Shown one piece after another: positions 1 to 14,769 of a stretch of 64,000 nucleotides of DNA. Where the stretch lies: positions 108,872,001 through 108,936,000 of the forward strand of contig OX597815.1 in NCBI GenBank assembly GCA_951406725.2, given 5' to 3'. The DNA comes from Octopus vulgaris (taxonomy: Eukaryota). The notes below the pieces were generated by a model. It saw only the letters and a program-made list of their open reading frames with translations. It did not search any database and had not been told where the DNA came from. The stretch's first letter is position 1, and every line of letters starts with the position of its first letter. The position numbers and the translations under genes were made by a program.

Positions 1-368
1 TAAAATATATTTGTAGGTTTCATTGATAAAATTTATATTTCCATCTGTTTGTTCTATTTCTTTAAGCCAAGTATTCACGAGTAAATTTATAAACGCTAAG
101 TAATACGTTTTTCGTTTTGAAATTTTATAGTTCATTATACACCTTTTGGAGAGATAAATAGACATTTTTATTTAAGAAATATTAATGTACTCTATATAAG
201 TATTGATTGTTAAATATGAATTTCTAATTTTTTATTTGTTAATGATAATTTAGATACGTACATTTAGTTAATTATTATTATTTTATAATTATTATATCTG
301 TGATTTAGATTGTAAAAATGTTTTAGTATAACTAAAAGTTCTTATTATATTTCTAGTACTATTAATTT

Positions 369-399
<31 letters not shown>

Positions 400-422
400 C
401 CACCACCACCAACAACAACAAC

Positions 423-457
<35 letters not shown>

Positions 458-682
458 TAATAACAAGTACCTTTTTCGCAAATAATTTTATAAACGATAA
501 GTTATACGTTTTTACTTAGGAATTTTTCATTTCTTATTTTTTATTTCATAGATATTTTCGGAATGATATCTATAATATTTATAATATTATAATATTATAT
601 TAATATAATATTTATAATGTTATCTTTTCGTGGAAGAAGGTTTATATTCCTATAACCTGTATTAATTCTGTAACTCTTTAAA

Positions 683-1585
683 ATGGAAGACAAGAAAGTT
701 CATTTTCGGCACTTGATGCTTTTCTTTTTCCGTAAAGGAAAAAATGCCTCACAAGCAACCAAAGAAATGTACGCAGTTTACGGTGATGTTTCTTTCTCCG
801 AAAGAACTGTACGAAAGTGGTTCGCAAGGTTTCGAGCTGGAGATTGTAGCCTTATTGATAAAGAGCCATCAGGCAGACCATCCGCTACCGATGATGACCA
901 AATCTAGTCATTAATTGAGAATAACACACATTGCACAACCCGAGAATTGGCAGAAAGCCTCAACCTATCAAATTCCGTCGTTTATGAGCACCTGGTAAAG
1001 CTTGGGTACACAAATCACTACGATGTATGGGTACCACATGAGTTGATTGAGAAGAACCTTTTGGATTGCATTTCCATCTCTGATTCGCTTTATAAACGGA
1101 ATGAAAACGTGCCTTTTTTAAAGCAAATATTGACAGGTGATGAGAAATGGATTATCTACCGAAATGTTCAGAGAAAGCGACCCTGGAGTAAGTGACATGA
1201 GCCACCCTTAACCAGCCCAAAAGTGGCTCTTCACTCTAAAAAAATCTTGCTTTGTGTCTGGTGGGATTGGAAAGGAATTCTGTACAATGAGCTTCTCCCA
1301 AGTAACCAAACAATTAATTCTGAGAAATACTGTACACAACTGTATGACTTAAAAGCAGCAATTCAAGAGAAACGTCCAGAATTGGCCAACAGGAAAGGTG
1401 TTGTATTCCAACATGATAATGCAAGACCGCACGTTTCTTTGGGAACCAAACAAAAATTGCTGCGGCTCGGCTGGGATGTGTTGCCCCACCCTCCATATTC
1501 AGCAGATATTGCTCCTTCGGATTTCCACTTATTCAGGTCTCTACAGAATAGTCTTAATGGTAAAAATTTCAATTCCTTGGATGAC

Positions 1586-1586
<1 letters not shown>
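683..1586 (+). mobile_element. Mariner (DD34D) transposase pseudogene, 3'-truncated by a (TA)n tract
   Basis: Three collinear in-frame ORFs separated by stops (TAG 905-907, TGA 1193-1195). N-terminal HTH (RKWFARFRAG), WVPHEL motif, catalytic ILTGDEKW / FQHDNARPH / HPPYSADIAPSDFHLF. No TIR visible. Confidence 0.93.
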
Positions 1587-1638
<52 letters not shown>

Positions 1639-1720
1639 TTTAATCCAAACGGGAAACAAAAAAACAACAACAATGGAACAATTACAGTATTATTATTAAT
1701 AGGCGCTCAGGAAATGGAAG

Positions 1721-2637
<917 letters not shown>

Positions 2638-3009
2638 TGCAGACATGCTAACGATTCCGAGCCCGAATTCAAACAGTTATGGAAGCAGAAGCAGGATTCA
2701 TAGAATAATCTTATATAAAAGCTTGTGTACCTGCATGTCTTTATGTGTGTCTGCATGTATTTATATGCGTGTGCTCCAAATATAAAAAAAGATTAATCAG
2801 TTTAATACTCTTTGACAGGTTTCACCCAAGTAGTTGACCGGTATCCCCATCACTTCTTCGTTTTTTTGGTTATTGTTTGGTGAATAAAACCGTTTGGTAT
2901 TGATGCTCCCATATTTGATCCTTACTGAGATGTACAATACACCAATATTGTCTGGAATTACTGGCATGCAATGTATGTCATTGTTATTGCTGGTGCTGTT
3001 AAGACGGTG

Positions 3010-3215
3010 ATCTGACAGAATCGTTAGCAGGTAAGACAAAATACTTGGTGGCGTTTCTTCTGGGTCTTCACTTTCTGAGCTCAAATCTAACCCAGTCAAA
3101 CTTTACCTTTTAATCCTTTCGGGTTCGATAGAATAAGCACCAGTCAAGTATCGGGTCGAGGTAATCGACTAACTCTCTCTCTCAGAAAATTGCTGGCCTT
3201 GTACCAAAATTTGAA
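3010..3215 (+). mobile_element. tRNA-derived SINE (Meta-domain type), degenerate
   Basis: gacagaatcgttagca...ctgagctcaaat...atcctttcgggttcgatagaataagcaccagt; same family as many other copies in the window. Confidence 0.75.
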
Positions 3216-3549
3216 ACAGCTATTGTTGATGTTGTTTAACTGCATGTAGGCTGTGATAGCGATTTCTAGCCGTGACAAACCTGTCTTTTTTTTTTAATTA
3301 TAATGTATCAGGGAGTACATTTTGTTTCATCCCAACACTTTTTCAAAAAACGGTATGAAACTGATTTGGCCTTCTGTCTCCATCAGGGCAAGCAACCATA
3401 TGGAGCCTCCCTTGTTGACTCTATCGGCTCTGTTTACTTCTCATATGCTTTCTGACAACATAACGACAAACTGCTATGGCGGATGTGAATCTGACAATGA
3501 TTGTTCCAAAGATTTAATGATTAACACAAAAGGAGACATTCATACTTAC

Positions 3550-3694
3550 AGATTCATTTTTACTGTGGCATCCAGCGTAACAGGGAGAATAATAATTAAT
3601 ACCATTTTCACTACAAATTGGCAAATACTTTGTGTCATCGCAGGAGCAAGATTCTTTGCAGTGTGGAATTAAGGTGCCATTCTCGAATGTAGCC
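3550..3694 (-). CDS. SLCO: SLCO/OATP gene A coding exon 7 (extracellular Kazal-like domain)
   Basis: tttttag|G GCT ACA... reads RATFENGTLIPHCKESCSCDDTKYLPICSENGINYYSPCYAGCHSKNES|gtaagt. 145 nt, phase 2->0, same size as gene B exon 53483-53627. Missed by the ORF track. Confidence 0.93.
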
Positions 3695-4009
3695 CTAAAA
3701 AAGTAAACAGTATATATTTCTTTATCATGTAATTAGATCGACATGAGTTTTACAAAATTGAAGTAAAGGAGTATGTTTCTTTAAGACTATTTCCCAACCT
3801 GGGCTGCTAAAATTAATTTTATTAGATACCAGAATTCAAATGAAATTTCATTTGCCTTTGAATGTCACTACGCAAGATATATTAAACATCCATTCTGTGT
3901 ATTCTTCGAGTGTAGTTGTCAGTATGTTGTTAAATGACAAGTATTAAGCCTATTATAATGGGTAAGTGCATCCTGTGGTGAGAATAAAGCTCAGTAGTTC
4001 GACATCCTT

Positions 4010-4589
<580 letters not shown>

Positions 4590-4590
<1 letters not shown>

Positions 4591-4880
4591 GCGCATGTGA
4601 ACAGTAAAGGCCGTGCTTATAGTAATTGGTGCGGTGGGAACAGCAATACAAGATATAGATAAATAGCTGAAGGCGATTGAAACAGAATGCTTGGTAGAGC
4701 TCCTACCGAAAGTTTGTCTCTCATGGACAGCAAGAACTATCAGGAGGGTTCTAAGCGCTTGAAAGACTGCTGAAAACTTGTGGATACCTAAGGTTACAGG
4801 TAGTAACCCGTTACCCACATAAAAATCCTACCAGGAATAAGACCAAACCTGAGCCAAACCGAAATAACAATAATAATAAA
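4590..4880 (+). mobile_element. R4/Dong-like LINE 3' end fragment
   Basis: Similar to 36370-36640 and 62100-62250 (VIGAVG...ELLPKVCL...RTIRRVLS*), followed by an AAT tail. Confidence 0.6.
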
Positions 4881-6099
4881 TTCTTTTATTCACCACAGGG
4901 GCATAGTTGAAGGGGACATTACCTGTGAGAACTGAACGCCGCATCTGTTGTAAACAGTACAGGTACGCTAACCACTATACTAAGGTGAAAGCATAAGTCG
5001 GAATGAGAAAACTTAAACTATCTAAGAGTACTGATAGAGAATAATTTATATCTAGCTAGCAAATGCACTCGTCCTTTGGACAATTGAAGTTGGTTTTGTG
5101 GTATTTTTTTCACCAAATAATTGAACTACCGAGAAGGTTTATGAGTAGCACGGCAATCTAGGTTTCCGATTAACCTAGGAACAGAAGACCAAATTGAAGG
5201 CTAGTTATTGCAGAGGTCGTTGCATTTTAATGATCATAGAACTTATAAGTTTGCAGGCAATGCAAAGTAGAGCTACTGAAGTGTTTTGGGAGTAAATTAT
5301 GGATAATGTCTACAAAATGTAGTTGTTTTACATGAAAGCGAAATTTTTCTTATCAGAAACAGCCACATAAATGGTGTAAGGAAATTGAAGGAAGACTTTG
5401 AAACTTCCTTTCTGCGAGCTTATTTTATCCGACAGCAAAGGGAGCTATTTTTTCGGAGAGAAGTATGATTGGTACGTTCAAAAAGTAGCAGAGTTAAAGG
5501 AATGTATTTGACTTCAGGTAACGAAAAAGGAAGATATGAAGAGTTTGACTTCAGTTCACGAATACTGCTTTGAATCTTTAGCAGTTCGCAGTGAAATGAT
5601 GTCGCGTTCGAAATATCCTAATGGATGAGTATATAAGCACCCTTAAAGTGAAAGAACGCATTGGTAGGTAAACAAAGGCATTAACAAATAGAAGAGAGTG
5701 AAGGGGGAATCACTTATCAAGTAATTCAGAATAGGTAAAGATAAGCTTGCTAACGTTCAATGCAGTTTGAATACGGAGATTAAGATTGTTTGGTATTGGA
5801 TATTCATCGCGTATTATGTTCCTAGTCAATTTAATCACCTTCGCTGGTGGACAGTCGAAATAAATAAATAAACAAGATACTTTCACTTTTATAATATTCT
5901 CTAACCAAGTAATAATACACAATTACAACATATAAATAAATAATAAATAAAAAATGTGAAAACCACTAAAAATATTCTCTAATGCCAATATACGACCATG
6001 TAGATTAAAAACGTATGGAATACCCTACATACAAAAAACTAGGTACATACAACGAATTAGAGAAAATCCCGTGTAAACCACTGTTTTTCCTGGTTTGTC

Positions 6100-6262
6100 C
6101 ATTTATGCGGGAGCTCTGGGCAAAATGTTATAGTGTATGATCATCCTTAGTACATAAGTAATGTGTGTGTAAAGTTTGGTGAAAATCGGTTGAGAATTGT
6201 GGAAATGTATGCGTCAGTCAATATACACACATACACATTGGGATTTATATATACTAGAAGAT
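6100..6262 (+). mobile_element. Possible non-autonomous Helitron/HINE-like 3' end
   Basis: aagtttggtgaaaatcggttgag...gggatttatatatactagaagat; ends in a CTAG-type terminus. Pattern recall only. Confidence 0.35.
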
Positions 6263-6394
6263 ATAGGGCTGTCAGGGAATATTAGATATTTATATCTAAT
6301 ATATTAGCTATATTAGATATATTTAATATAGAAGAATACGGGAAAATGTTATAATATCGTTTACGGGAATCGATCACCGTATCTGCTGACCTAC

Positions 6395-6590
6395 CTGTTT
6401 GGAATGACACTTGGTCCTACCATAGCGACGCTGTCACAACCAGTTATCAAATTCAACATTCCCATGAGAGCAACGAAAATGTAACAAAGGGTCATGAACC
6501 ATAAACTCCCTCTGGCTGAAAATTTCGCTTTTGATGTCAATATTCCACCTGAAAGCGTTCCACTAGACAACGCAAGCAGGTTGATGACTC
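6395..6590 (-). CDS. SLCO: SLCO/OATP gene A coding exon 6 (TM8-TM9)
   Basis: tttcag|GA GTC ATC... GVINLLALSSGTLSGGILTSKAKFSARG...GCDSVAMVGPSVIPNR|gtaggt. 196 nt, phase 1->2. Confidence 0.92.
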
Positions 6591-6734
6591 CTGAAATTCG
6601 TAAATAGATAAGTAAATGGATGGGTGCTTCAGTATAGATGCAGTCCAATGACTGAAGCAAGTTATAGCTAAAAGATTACTATTATAATTCATGTTAAGGT
6701 GTAATTTACAGATCATGACATACGGTGTTGCTAC

Positions 6735-7090
6735 AGGCGCGAGTGTGGTGACGTGGTAAGTTTGTTCACCTACAACATAGTTCCGGGTTCGGTCCTATTG
6801 CGTGTTACCTTAGAAAAGTTCGACTAAAGCCTTGTGAGTGGACTTGGTAGACGGAAACTGTAAGAAGCCCGTCGTATATATATCTATGTATGCGTGTATC
6901 TTTGTGTCTGTCCCCAACCAAAGCTTGACAACCGGTGTTGGTGTGTTTATGTCGGTTCGGCCAAAGGGACCGATAGAATAAGTAGTAGACTTTATAAAGT
7001 TAGTACTGAGGTCGATTCGGTCTATCAAAATCTTCAAGGCAGTGCCCAGCAGGGCTGCAGTTTAATGACTGAAGCAAGAAAAAAATAAAA
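6735..7090 (+). mobile_element. tRNA-derived SINE family 2 (internal TA/TG tract)
   Basis: ttccgggttcggtcc...gtagacggaaactg...gacaaccg...gaccgatagaataagta; related copies at 18585-18730, 28230-28580, 38655-38875, 40670-41120(-) and in the palindrome arms. Confidence 0.8.
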
Positions 7091-7229
7091 GATATGTCAC
7101 ACATATCATATATGCGTTAGCTATTGATAGCTCTGGTTCTCTGGTTGACAGAACTCCAGCATGAAGTGTTTGGATAAAAAAATTATTTATCTGGAAATTG
7201 ATAAAAATATATTGTTAATCTGCTACTAG

Positions 7230-7565
7230 CATTCCGACAGTTACGACGACGTGGGTTCCATTTGATACAATCAACGGAACAGCCTGCTCGTGAAATTAAC
7301 ATACAAGTGGCTGAATACTCCACAGATACGCGTGCTATTAATATAGTTTTTAGGGTAATTCAGCATGACTCAGAATGTGACATGGCCGGCCCTTTGGAAA
7401 ACAGGTACTACTAATTTTTACCAGTCGAGTGGAGCAACATGAAATAAAGTGTCTTGCTCAAGGACACAACACGCTGCAGGGAAGCGAACTCACGACCTAG
7501 GGTATTTGTGAGTTAGGGATACGGTACTCGTGAGCCGAATGCCCTAACCATTATCCACGCGTCTT
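7230..7565 (-). mobile_element. SINE family 3
   Basis: gtgtcttgctcaaggacacaac motif plus a tRNA-like head; related copies at 17130-17230 and 58210-58365. Confidence 0.65.
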
Positions 7566-8368
7566 TATTCTATTAATCCAAATGCTCTTTAAATTGTAAA
7601 GTGTGGTGAAACCATAACGAAATGGTGAATTTCAAATGAGCTGAGAAAATTTATATAGGGCATGTAAGTGATAATCAGCAATACCGCAGCTGTGTAGTTT
7701 TCTACAGTAAGTCCGCGTTAAGTAAGGTATACAGAATGCTATTTTGAAATGACATTGCTTCTGTTGCTAATAGCGAAATTTTGCCAAGCCTGCCTGTTAT
7801 TTGCAACACAAGTGATTGGTAATCACTGTTTTTTTGTGTATATCAACAGAGGCTAAATATTTCTTAGAGGATGCTCACCACTGATGACGAGCTAATGCGC
7901 AGAATCTGCTTGAGGATATTCGTCTGTTACGGATATTCCTCAGTACATTTTTTAGCCCTATACATCTATACGAGATGTCTTCTCGAGACGAATACCGCTG
8001 TTGTGTGGCTTTCTATATTATATCCACCTAAAGTCAGACGTACAGGAAAGATAAACTTTAATATTCTAAACAGAAAAAAAGGTTATAAACCGGCACTAGT
8101 GGTGAGCATAACAAGAGGATCAGTTACATAAATACCTACGATTGTATGTCATGATAGTGTAATAACATCGAGAGATATGAAGAAAGAAGGGCCCTTGGGT
8201 GAGTATTTTGTTATAAGTACGATGGTAGTTGTAACTTTGTTACAAGAGACAGGGCGTGGTTTAAGTTGGGTATTATATAATAGAAGTATGTAAAACCAAG
8301 AAAAAAACAATAAAATTTTGGTAAGTCAATAATTAAGGGACAGTTTATTAGAGCGTGTATGTAGAGTG

Positions 8369-8410
<42 letters not shown>

Positions 8411-8481
8411 TGTGTATGTGTGTGTGTTTGTGTGCGTGTGCGTATATTTAAGTATATTTTTATGTATATTTATATACATAC

Positions 8482-8646
8482 CCAAAACTGCATTTGATTT
8501 CCAAGCTGGAAGATGATACTGAGTTTCAATATATTTCGCTGCGAATGAACTCACTCCACTAACACCCACAATGTTTGAGGTGACGCCACATACAAGAAAC
8601 AGGTAACTTTTCTTTCGGCATATACGCCGAAGGGAACGGAAAAAAT
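8482..8646 (-). CDS. SLCO: SLCO/OATP gene A coding exon 5 (TM7)
   Basis: ctttcgcag|AT TTT TTC... DFFRSLRRICRKKSYLFLVCGVTSNIVGVSGVSSFAAKYIETQYHLPAWKSNAVLG|gtatgt. 165 nt, phase 1->1. Confidence 0.93.
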
Positions 8647-9276
8647 CTGCGAAAGAAAACCAGCTTGACGTTTAATTACATGTAAAAATACTGTGGAAGG
8701 TTTCTGTTTTTCTCTTTTGTGCTACTCTTAATTTTGATAGATTATCGAAAACTCGCATTTCACTCTTTGCCGTCTGATTAGATTTTAGTCGTCTTGATGA
8801 TGCCGTTTAGCTCTACATCGCTACTGAGTGAGTTGATATATAATAAAAATCATTCCAGCTGATACAATATCTTTTTGCTTCGAGCCCGTGCTTCATGTCT
8901 GAGACTTAGACATAACTTACAGGAGTTTAGTCAGTATTTCAAGTAAGCTTTTTCACTATATGATGCCAAGAATCACATGGGATAGAAACCTTTTGCACAC
9001 GGTTATTAAACTAAAGCATTGCACAAGTCTTCAGAACCATATCGACGTGCGGATAATCAGTTTTCAAGTTCAAAATTGCACCACCACTTCTTATCACTCA
9101 CTATCAACATTGCAGAGAACTATTGGGTGGGACGTTGAATCATCTTTTTCAACAGAAACGTCTAGTACAGTTATTGGTTACGAACCCTTGAGTGACCAAG
9201 CGTAGATAATTTTAATAGGTTAAGAATTTACGTTGTGTCGTGTGTGATAAAGAAGTATTTGTCTACGTTGTTCATG

Positions 9277-9308
<32 letters not shown>

Positions 9309-9349
9309 TGTATGTATGTATGTATGTATGTATGTATGTATATGTATAT

Positions 9350-10249
9350 ATTGTTGTATTTGGGGATGATCATGTTGTCAGTTTAGCCAATAAAAACACA
9401 CGCACTATATATATGGTGTTCACCTCCTTCAGCTTTATTCTATATTAATTGTATTTAGGCCAGAGTTCTTTCGTCACACTTCTATAACCTCATCAGTGGT
9501 CCTTTGCTTTCTTCTTTCTTTTTTGTGCCTCTCATTACTAATGATCTGCCATTTTGTATTCCTATTGTATGTTTCTTTATTTGCGCATACGTATATTCCT
9601 CTGTGTGTCCATGTTTGGTAAGTGTGTGTGTGTGTGGGGGGGGGGGATGTGCTTGCATATCACCTGTTTATACACGTCCCTTTAATTTACTTTTATTTAT
9701 TTTATTCATTTGTCTACTTACTTTTTCTTTTCTTTCTAACTTTTTGTATTAATTTAATTAATTTTGTTAATGTATATAGTTATTTAATTCCATTTATTTA
9801 TCTGTGTATTGTATTATATTCATATTATTATCAGTTTATGGGGATCTTATTCTGTAATAGGTTGTGGTGTGTTGGGTGTGTGTGCTAGTGTTCCATTCTA
9901 GTTTCCTATTCAGGCTAGGTTTATCTTCTATTATGTGTGTAGCTTCCGTAATTTGTCTAAGCGTTACGTCTGTTCTATGTTTGGGCAAGATTTTAACTTC
10001 TATGTTGTTGAGTGAGCCCCCGGGTTCCTGCTCGGCGTCTTGGTACAGAAGCGAAGAAGCGATGAGCTCTTCTCTTAAGTTCCCTCCAATGCTTATGTAC
10101 CCGCTCTCCTATGCTCTGTGCTGTCTCCCCTACGTATGTTGTTGTCTTGTTACTGCATCGTCCCTCTATACATCTTATACTATAGACTAGGAAACAAGAA
10201 TGGAACACTAGCACACCCCCGCAATACACAACTTATGACAGAATATGAT
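9350..10249 (-). mobile_element. 5'-truncated Penelope-like element 1 (GIY-YIG remnant) with inverted terminal segment
   Basis: LVYSIRCIEGRC...TYVGETAQSIGERVHKH, then frameshifted ...LRQITEATHIIEDKPSLN. 9844-9908 is repeated inverted at 10188-10249. Confidence 0.8.
9458..9502 (-). ncRNA. Minimal type-I hammerhead ribozyme motif (intact core)
   Basis: GGACCA CUGAUGA G GUUAUA-gaag-UGUGAC GAAA GAAC UC UGGCC: core, 6-bp stem II, tiny stem III, UC cleavage site, short stem I. Confidence 0.7.
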
Positions 10250-10876
10250 TGATGAGTAAAAGTGAAACATCATGCAAAAAATGAAACAACCAAAACGTTT
10301 TCATAAGGTGTATACATATAAGAATTAAGCATCTTGAACATCTGAAGAACAAGTACAAAGTGCCATTTTGATTCTACCAACCACGATCCGATAGTGATAT
10401 CACCGAACTTGGTGCTTTGCTATTTAAGTACCTCATCCGCTTGAATCCTGGGAATTATATATATATATCAGCAATAATAAAATCTCTGAGTGAGAGGTAA
10501 ACAGTAGCAGCACGGAATCGTGAAGTATATTTGCCATCTAAATGTGGCGGACCCATAGAGAACAATGCTACTGTCGCTTATAATTCCAAGAAACCATCTA
10601 CTACATGGTAGTCATTTTTGATGTTCGAAACATAGGTATATGGGGTAACTATTGAAGATGTTTTTATTTTTCATTCCCTTCGAAATTACACTTAACTGTG
10701 GTTTGGGCTTTGACTGCTGTAAGGTGGCCTGTTAGGCTCACCTCTTTTGTGTATAAATGTACACTAATTTTATATGAAAAATATGTTCCAGTTTTATATT
10801 TAATAGATGAGGAATTATGTACATTATTTATATTATTTACATTTGGCGGATATTTGGCTTCATCTTGTTTGTTGCT

Positions 10877-10922
10877 AACACAACGTTTCGGCTGATATAC
10901 CCACCAGCCTTCATCAGGTGTC
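10877..10922 (-). ncRNA. Minimal type-I hammerhead ribozyme motif (intact core)
   Basis: GACAC CUGAUGA A GGCUG-gugggUaUaU-CAGCC GAAA CG UU GUGUU. Stem I gacac/guguu, stem II 5 bp, palindromic ACGU stem III. Confidence 0.8.
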
Positions 10923-10986
10923 TTGGGGAAATTTCGAACATAGGTTCTCATTCTTAAGGTATTTTTCGATGTTGTTGTTGTTGTTG

Positions 10987-11113
<127 letters not shown>

Positions 11114-11137
11114 CATTATTATTATTATTATTATTAT

Positions 11138-11725
11138 TGAGTGAGAGAGCAGTGCATGCCATCAAAGTGACACTGGAGTAAAATATACGAAGCCCAGTAT
11201 ACCCATTATGACTGCCCGTCTGATAAGGGTACACCAGGCACATGCATCACAACCATATGTGCGCGACATGGTGATCTAATATCAAGATAAACAGCACATG
11301 ACCTTGCAGGTGGGGCCCAGTTAGAATTTTCTTCTGATCGAGTAACCCATCCCGCTCAAAAGTTCCCTGAATAAGGATTGTTTAAGGATGTTGAACGAAA
11401 CACCCATGTTTCCAGGGGTGAATTATTCAAACCCCAAAGAATCCATCTCAACCCATGGCTATGATGCACTCCCACTACTTCTGCTAGTGATCAGAGATGC
11501 ACGTATCGTCAGCCACTAAGGGGCATGGTCAACTGGTTAAGATCAAACAACTGACGAGCAAATCTGTAGTATTGAGCAGAATATTTGCTGTAGCCCATCT
11601 TTTATACCAAGACAAAACAATGTACATGATAACACTTCCAATCAGTTAAGATCAGAAGCCACGAGAGCCACTGCCTGGTACTGGATCAGGGCATAGCCAC
11701 TGCCTGGTACTGCACCAAGGCATTT
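11138..11725 (-). mobile_element. Full-length (AAT)n-associated ~560-bp SINE-like element
   Basis: Reverse complement of 63013-63570, sitting inside a (TTA)n tract. Confidence 0.85.
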
Positions 11726-11747
11726 ATTATTATTATTATTGTTGTTG

Positions 11748-11843
<96 letters not shown>

Positions 11844-12333
11844 TCACTGCCTGGAATTAAGCTCGGAATCTTGGGGGTTAGTAGAGAATATAACTAAAAA
11901 CTGCGTGTACTCCATCCCATGCAGCTGTGGTAGGTTACACAAAGGCGAAACATGCTGCTCCCTCAAAATAAGGGTAGAGGAACATCGCAAAGCTGTGACA
12001 CGAGGAGATATTGATAAATCGGGTATAGCTGATCATATATGGAAAAATGGAGACCACCTCCTCCTGTGGGATGAAGTTAAAATAATAGACAGAGAACACC
12101 ACTGGAAAATACGAAAACTAAAATAAGCAGTACATATGTTAGGACACAACAGCCACCTATGCAGACCGAGTGCAGATATGAATAGCATATAGGAACCGGT
12201 ATTAAGGAAGGATAGGAAAATATTAGATTTATAAGCCCTAAAATTCATTCCATAATTGCCCACGGGCATAAAACATATGAGCGTGGGTTACTAACCCTAA
12301 TATTCCGAGTTCGATTCCAGGCAGTGACCTGAA

Positions 12334-12435
<102 letters not shown>

Positions 12436-12487
12436 CAACATCGAAAAATACCTTAGGAATGAGAACCTAGGTTCGAAATTTCCCCAA

Positions 12488-12533
12488 GACACCCGATGAA
12501 GGCTGGAAGGTATATCAGCCGAAACGTTGTGTT
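12488..12533 (+). ncRNA. Hammerhead motif, second pLTR copy with mutated core
   Basis: GACAC CCGAUGA A GGCUG...CAGCC GAAA CG UU GUGUU; CUGAUGA->CCGAUGA. Confidence 0.65.
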
Positions 12534-12658
12534 AGCAACAAACAAAATGAGGACAAATATCCATAAAAATGCAAATAATGTAAATAATGAAAAGTATGTT
12601 GTCTTTTGACTCTTTTATGCATGCTTTTAAATATGCTAGCCAGTGGTAGAACATTTTT

Positions 12659-12748
<90 letters not shown>

Positions 12749-13189
12749 TTGCGGCCAAAAGGTTCAGAACGGCATTGTTTTCGACAGAAAAGTATGTATA
12801 AGTTTTTATCAAAGTTGTTTTATGTTCTATAATTTTCACAGACAATAAATACGATATTATTTGTTATTGTCTGATATTTTGGTGTAATTTGAGAGGATAA
12901 AATTGCCGGCTAATTACAGAAACTGCCCGAGTATGCGGAATGTAAATAACAAGAACAAATACTGCAGAACATTCCGTTAATACACCAACAATTCTGTTTG
13001 TCTACCACACTGGGCTGGTAATTCATTTTATTAATTCCTGAAAGTCATAGGCAAGAGTTGAACTCGGAACGTAAGGAGCTTTAAAGCATTTTGGCCAACG
13101 CTCTATCAATTTTGTCAGTTCACTTCCCTTCTCGCCACCACACATACCTACCCTATGGATACGTGGTTTATATTTTATAACTTTTACAA

Positions 13190-13770
13190 TAATGATTTCA
13201 AATTTTGGTGCAAGGCCAGCAATATCGGGGGAGGAGGTAAGTCGGTTACATCAACTCTAGTACTCAATTGGAACTTATTTTATGGACCCCACGAAAGAAT
13301 GAAAGTCAACCTCGGCAAAATTGGAATTCAGAACGTTTCTTTTCTACTCTAGGCACAAGGCCCGAAATTTTTGGGGAGGGGTGCAGTCGATTAGATCGAT
13401 CCCAGTACTCAACTAGTACTTAATATATCGACCCCGAAAGGATGAAAGGCAAAGTCGATCTCGGCGGAATTTGAATTCAGAACGTAAAGACAGACGAAAT
13501 ACGGCTAAGCATTTCGCCTGGCGTGCTAACGTTTCATATTTCTTTATTGCCCACAAGGGGCTAAACATTAGAGGGACCAAACAAGGACAGACAAAGGGAT
13601 TAAGTCGATTGCATCGACCCCAGTGCGTAACGGGTACTTAATTTATCGACCCCGAAAGGATGAAAAGCAAAGTCAACCTTGGCGGAATTTGAACTCAGAA
13701 GCTAAAAACGGATGAAATGCCGCTAAACATTTTGCCCAGCATGCTAACAATTCTGCCAGCTCGCGGCTTT
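13190..13770 (-). mobile_element. Tandem array of Meta-type SINEs
   Basis: Three successive atcgaccccgaaaggatgaaaggcaaagtcgacctcggcggaatttgaactcagaacg units. Confidence 0.85.
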
Positions 13771-13787
13771 GGATAATAATTATAATG

Positions 13788-13875
<88 letters not shown>

Positions 13876-14347
13876 CAAAAGAAATAGTAACACTTAAATT
13901 TTCTGTTATTATTTCTTTGGATGGTATTTTCTATTGTTACTATCTTTATAATTGTTTATTTACAGCGATAATTCATGTAGTGAGTATAAAACCGTTGCTG
14001 AATAGCATTATAATATGACGTAAAATAGTTTTGTAATTTACGTAACCAAGGAAATTATTATTGCAGAATTATGATTAGTAGCATGTTCACTAATCGAATG
14101 TATAACATTCTTCTCACTTCATTATGTCAACGTATATCAACGTACTTGTTACTGTAGCAGTGAATATATCTATGTCTTGATATGTAAGAAAAAGAGAATT
14201 AAGAAATTATTTTATTTCAAAAACTCCATTGAATCATACCTGTATTAAGACGTATTTCTAAAGCAGCAAATGCATGCAAGTATGGACATACATATATGTT
14301 AAGAAAACAAGAAGCAGGAAGCAATGTTATTGAACAAATAAACCTAC

Positions 14348-14593
14348 CTTTAATATATTTCATAAAATTTGCTTTGTTAACTTCTGGTTTTAGCGTCTTG
14401 TCTTTCTTCGTTTCTGTCGTTTCTGTCGTTTCCACCATTTCAGTCATCTTAACATCATTATTTTGTTTACGTGGCAAACGTTTCGGAAAGAATATTAATG
14501 GAATACACAAAACTAAAGATGCACCACCAAAACTTAAGAATCCCAGCCACCAAGCGCCAATCCATCTGGGATCTTCTGGAGTTATGTTTACAT
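14348..14593 (-). CDS. SLCO: SLCO/OATP gene A coding exon 4 with the OATP signature
   Basis: ttctctccttaaag|AT GTA AAC... DVNITPEDPRWIGAWWLGFL...FFPKRLP...KYIK G|gtaggt. Matches the family signature D-x-RW-[IV]-GAWW-x-G-[FL]-L. 246 nt, phase 1->1. Confidence 0.96.
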
Positions 14594-14769
14594 CTTTAAG
14601 GAGAGAAAATAAACACATGTAGAGTAAAGTAAAAGACAAATTCAAATGTAGAAACGTATATGCACTGGCCTTTTTCACATGTGTGGCTGTTAAAGACCAT
14701 ATGACACTTTATAAAATTGATCTTAGTTGCAATAAGAATAAATAATATCGATTTCAAAAGTTTGTACAA

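Noticed and set aside
2797-3099. Minus-strand 100-aa ORF as a possible next exon of gene A
   Set aside because: No similarity to the expected YTDCSC exon and partly SINE-derived. The remaining gene A exons were not found and are presumed left of the window.
3322-3672. Plus-strand 116-aa ORF containing LLTLSALF and CYGGC, superficially OATP-like
   Set aside because: It overlaps the real minus-strand Kazal exon (3550-3694); the short motif matches are in the wrong order and look coincidental.
7876-8010. CTGATGA followed by hairpins, a possible hammerhead
   Set aside because: No correctly placed GAAA/UH with closing stems could be drawn.
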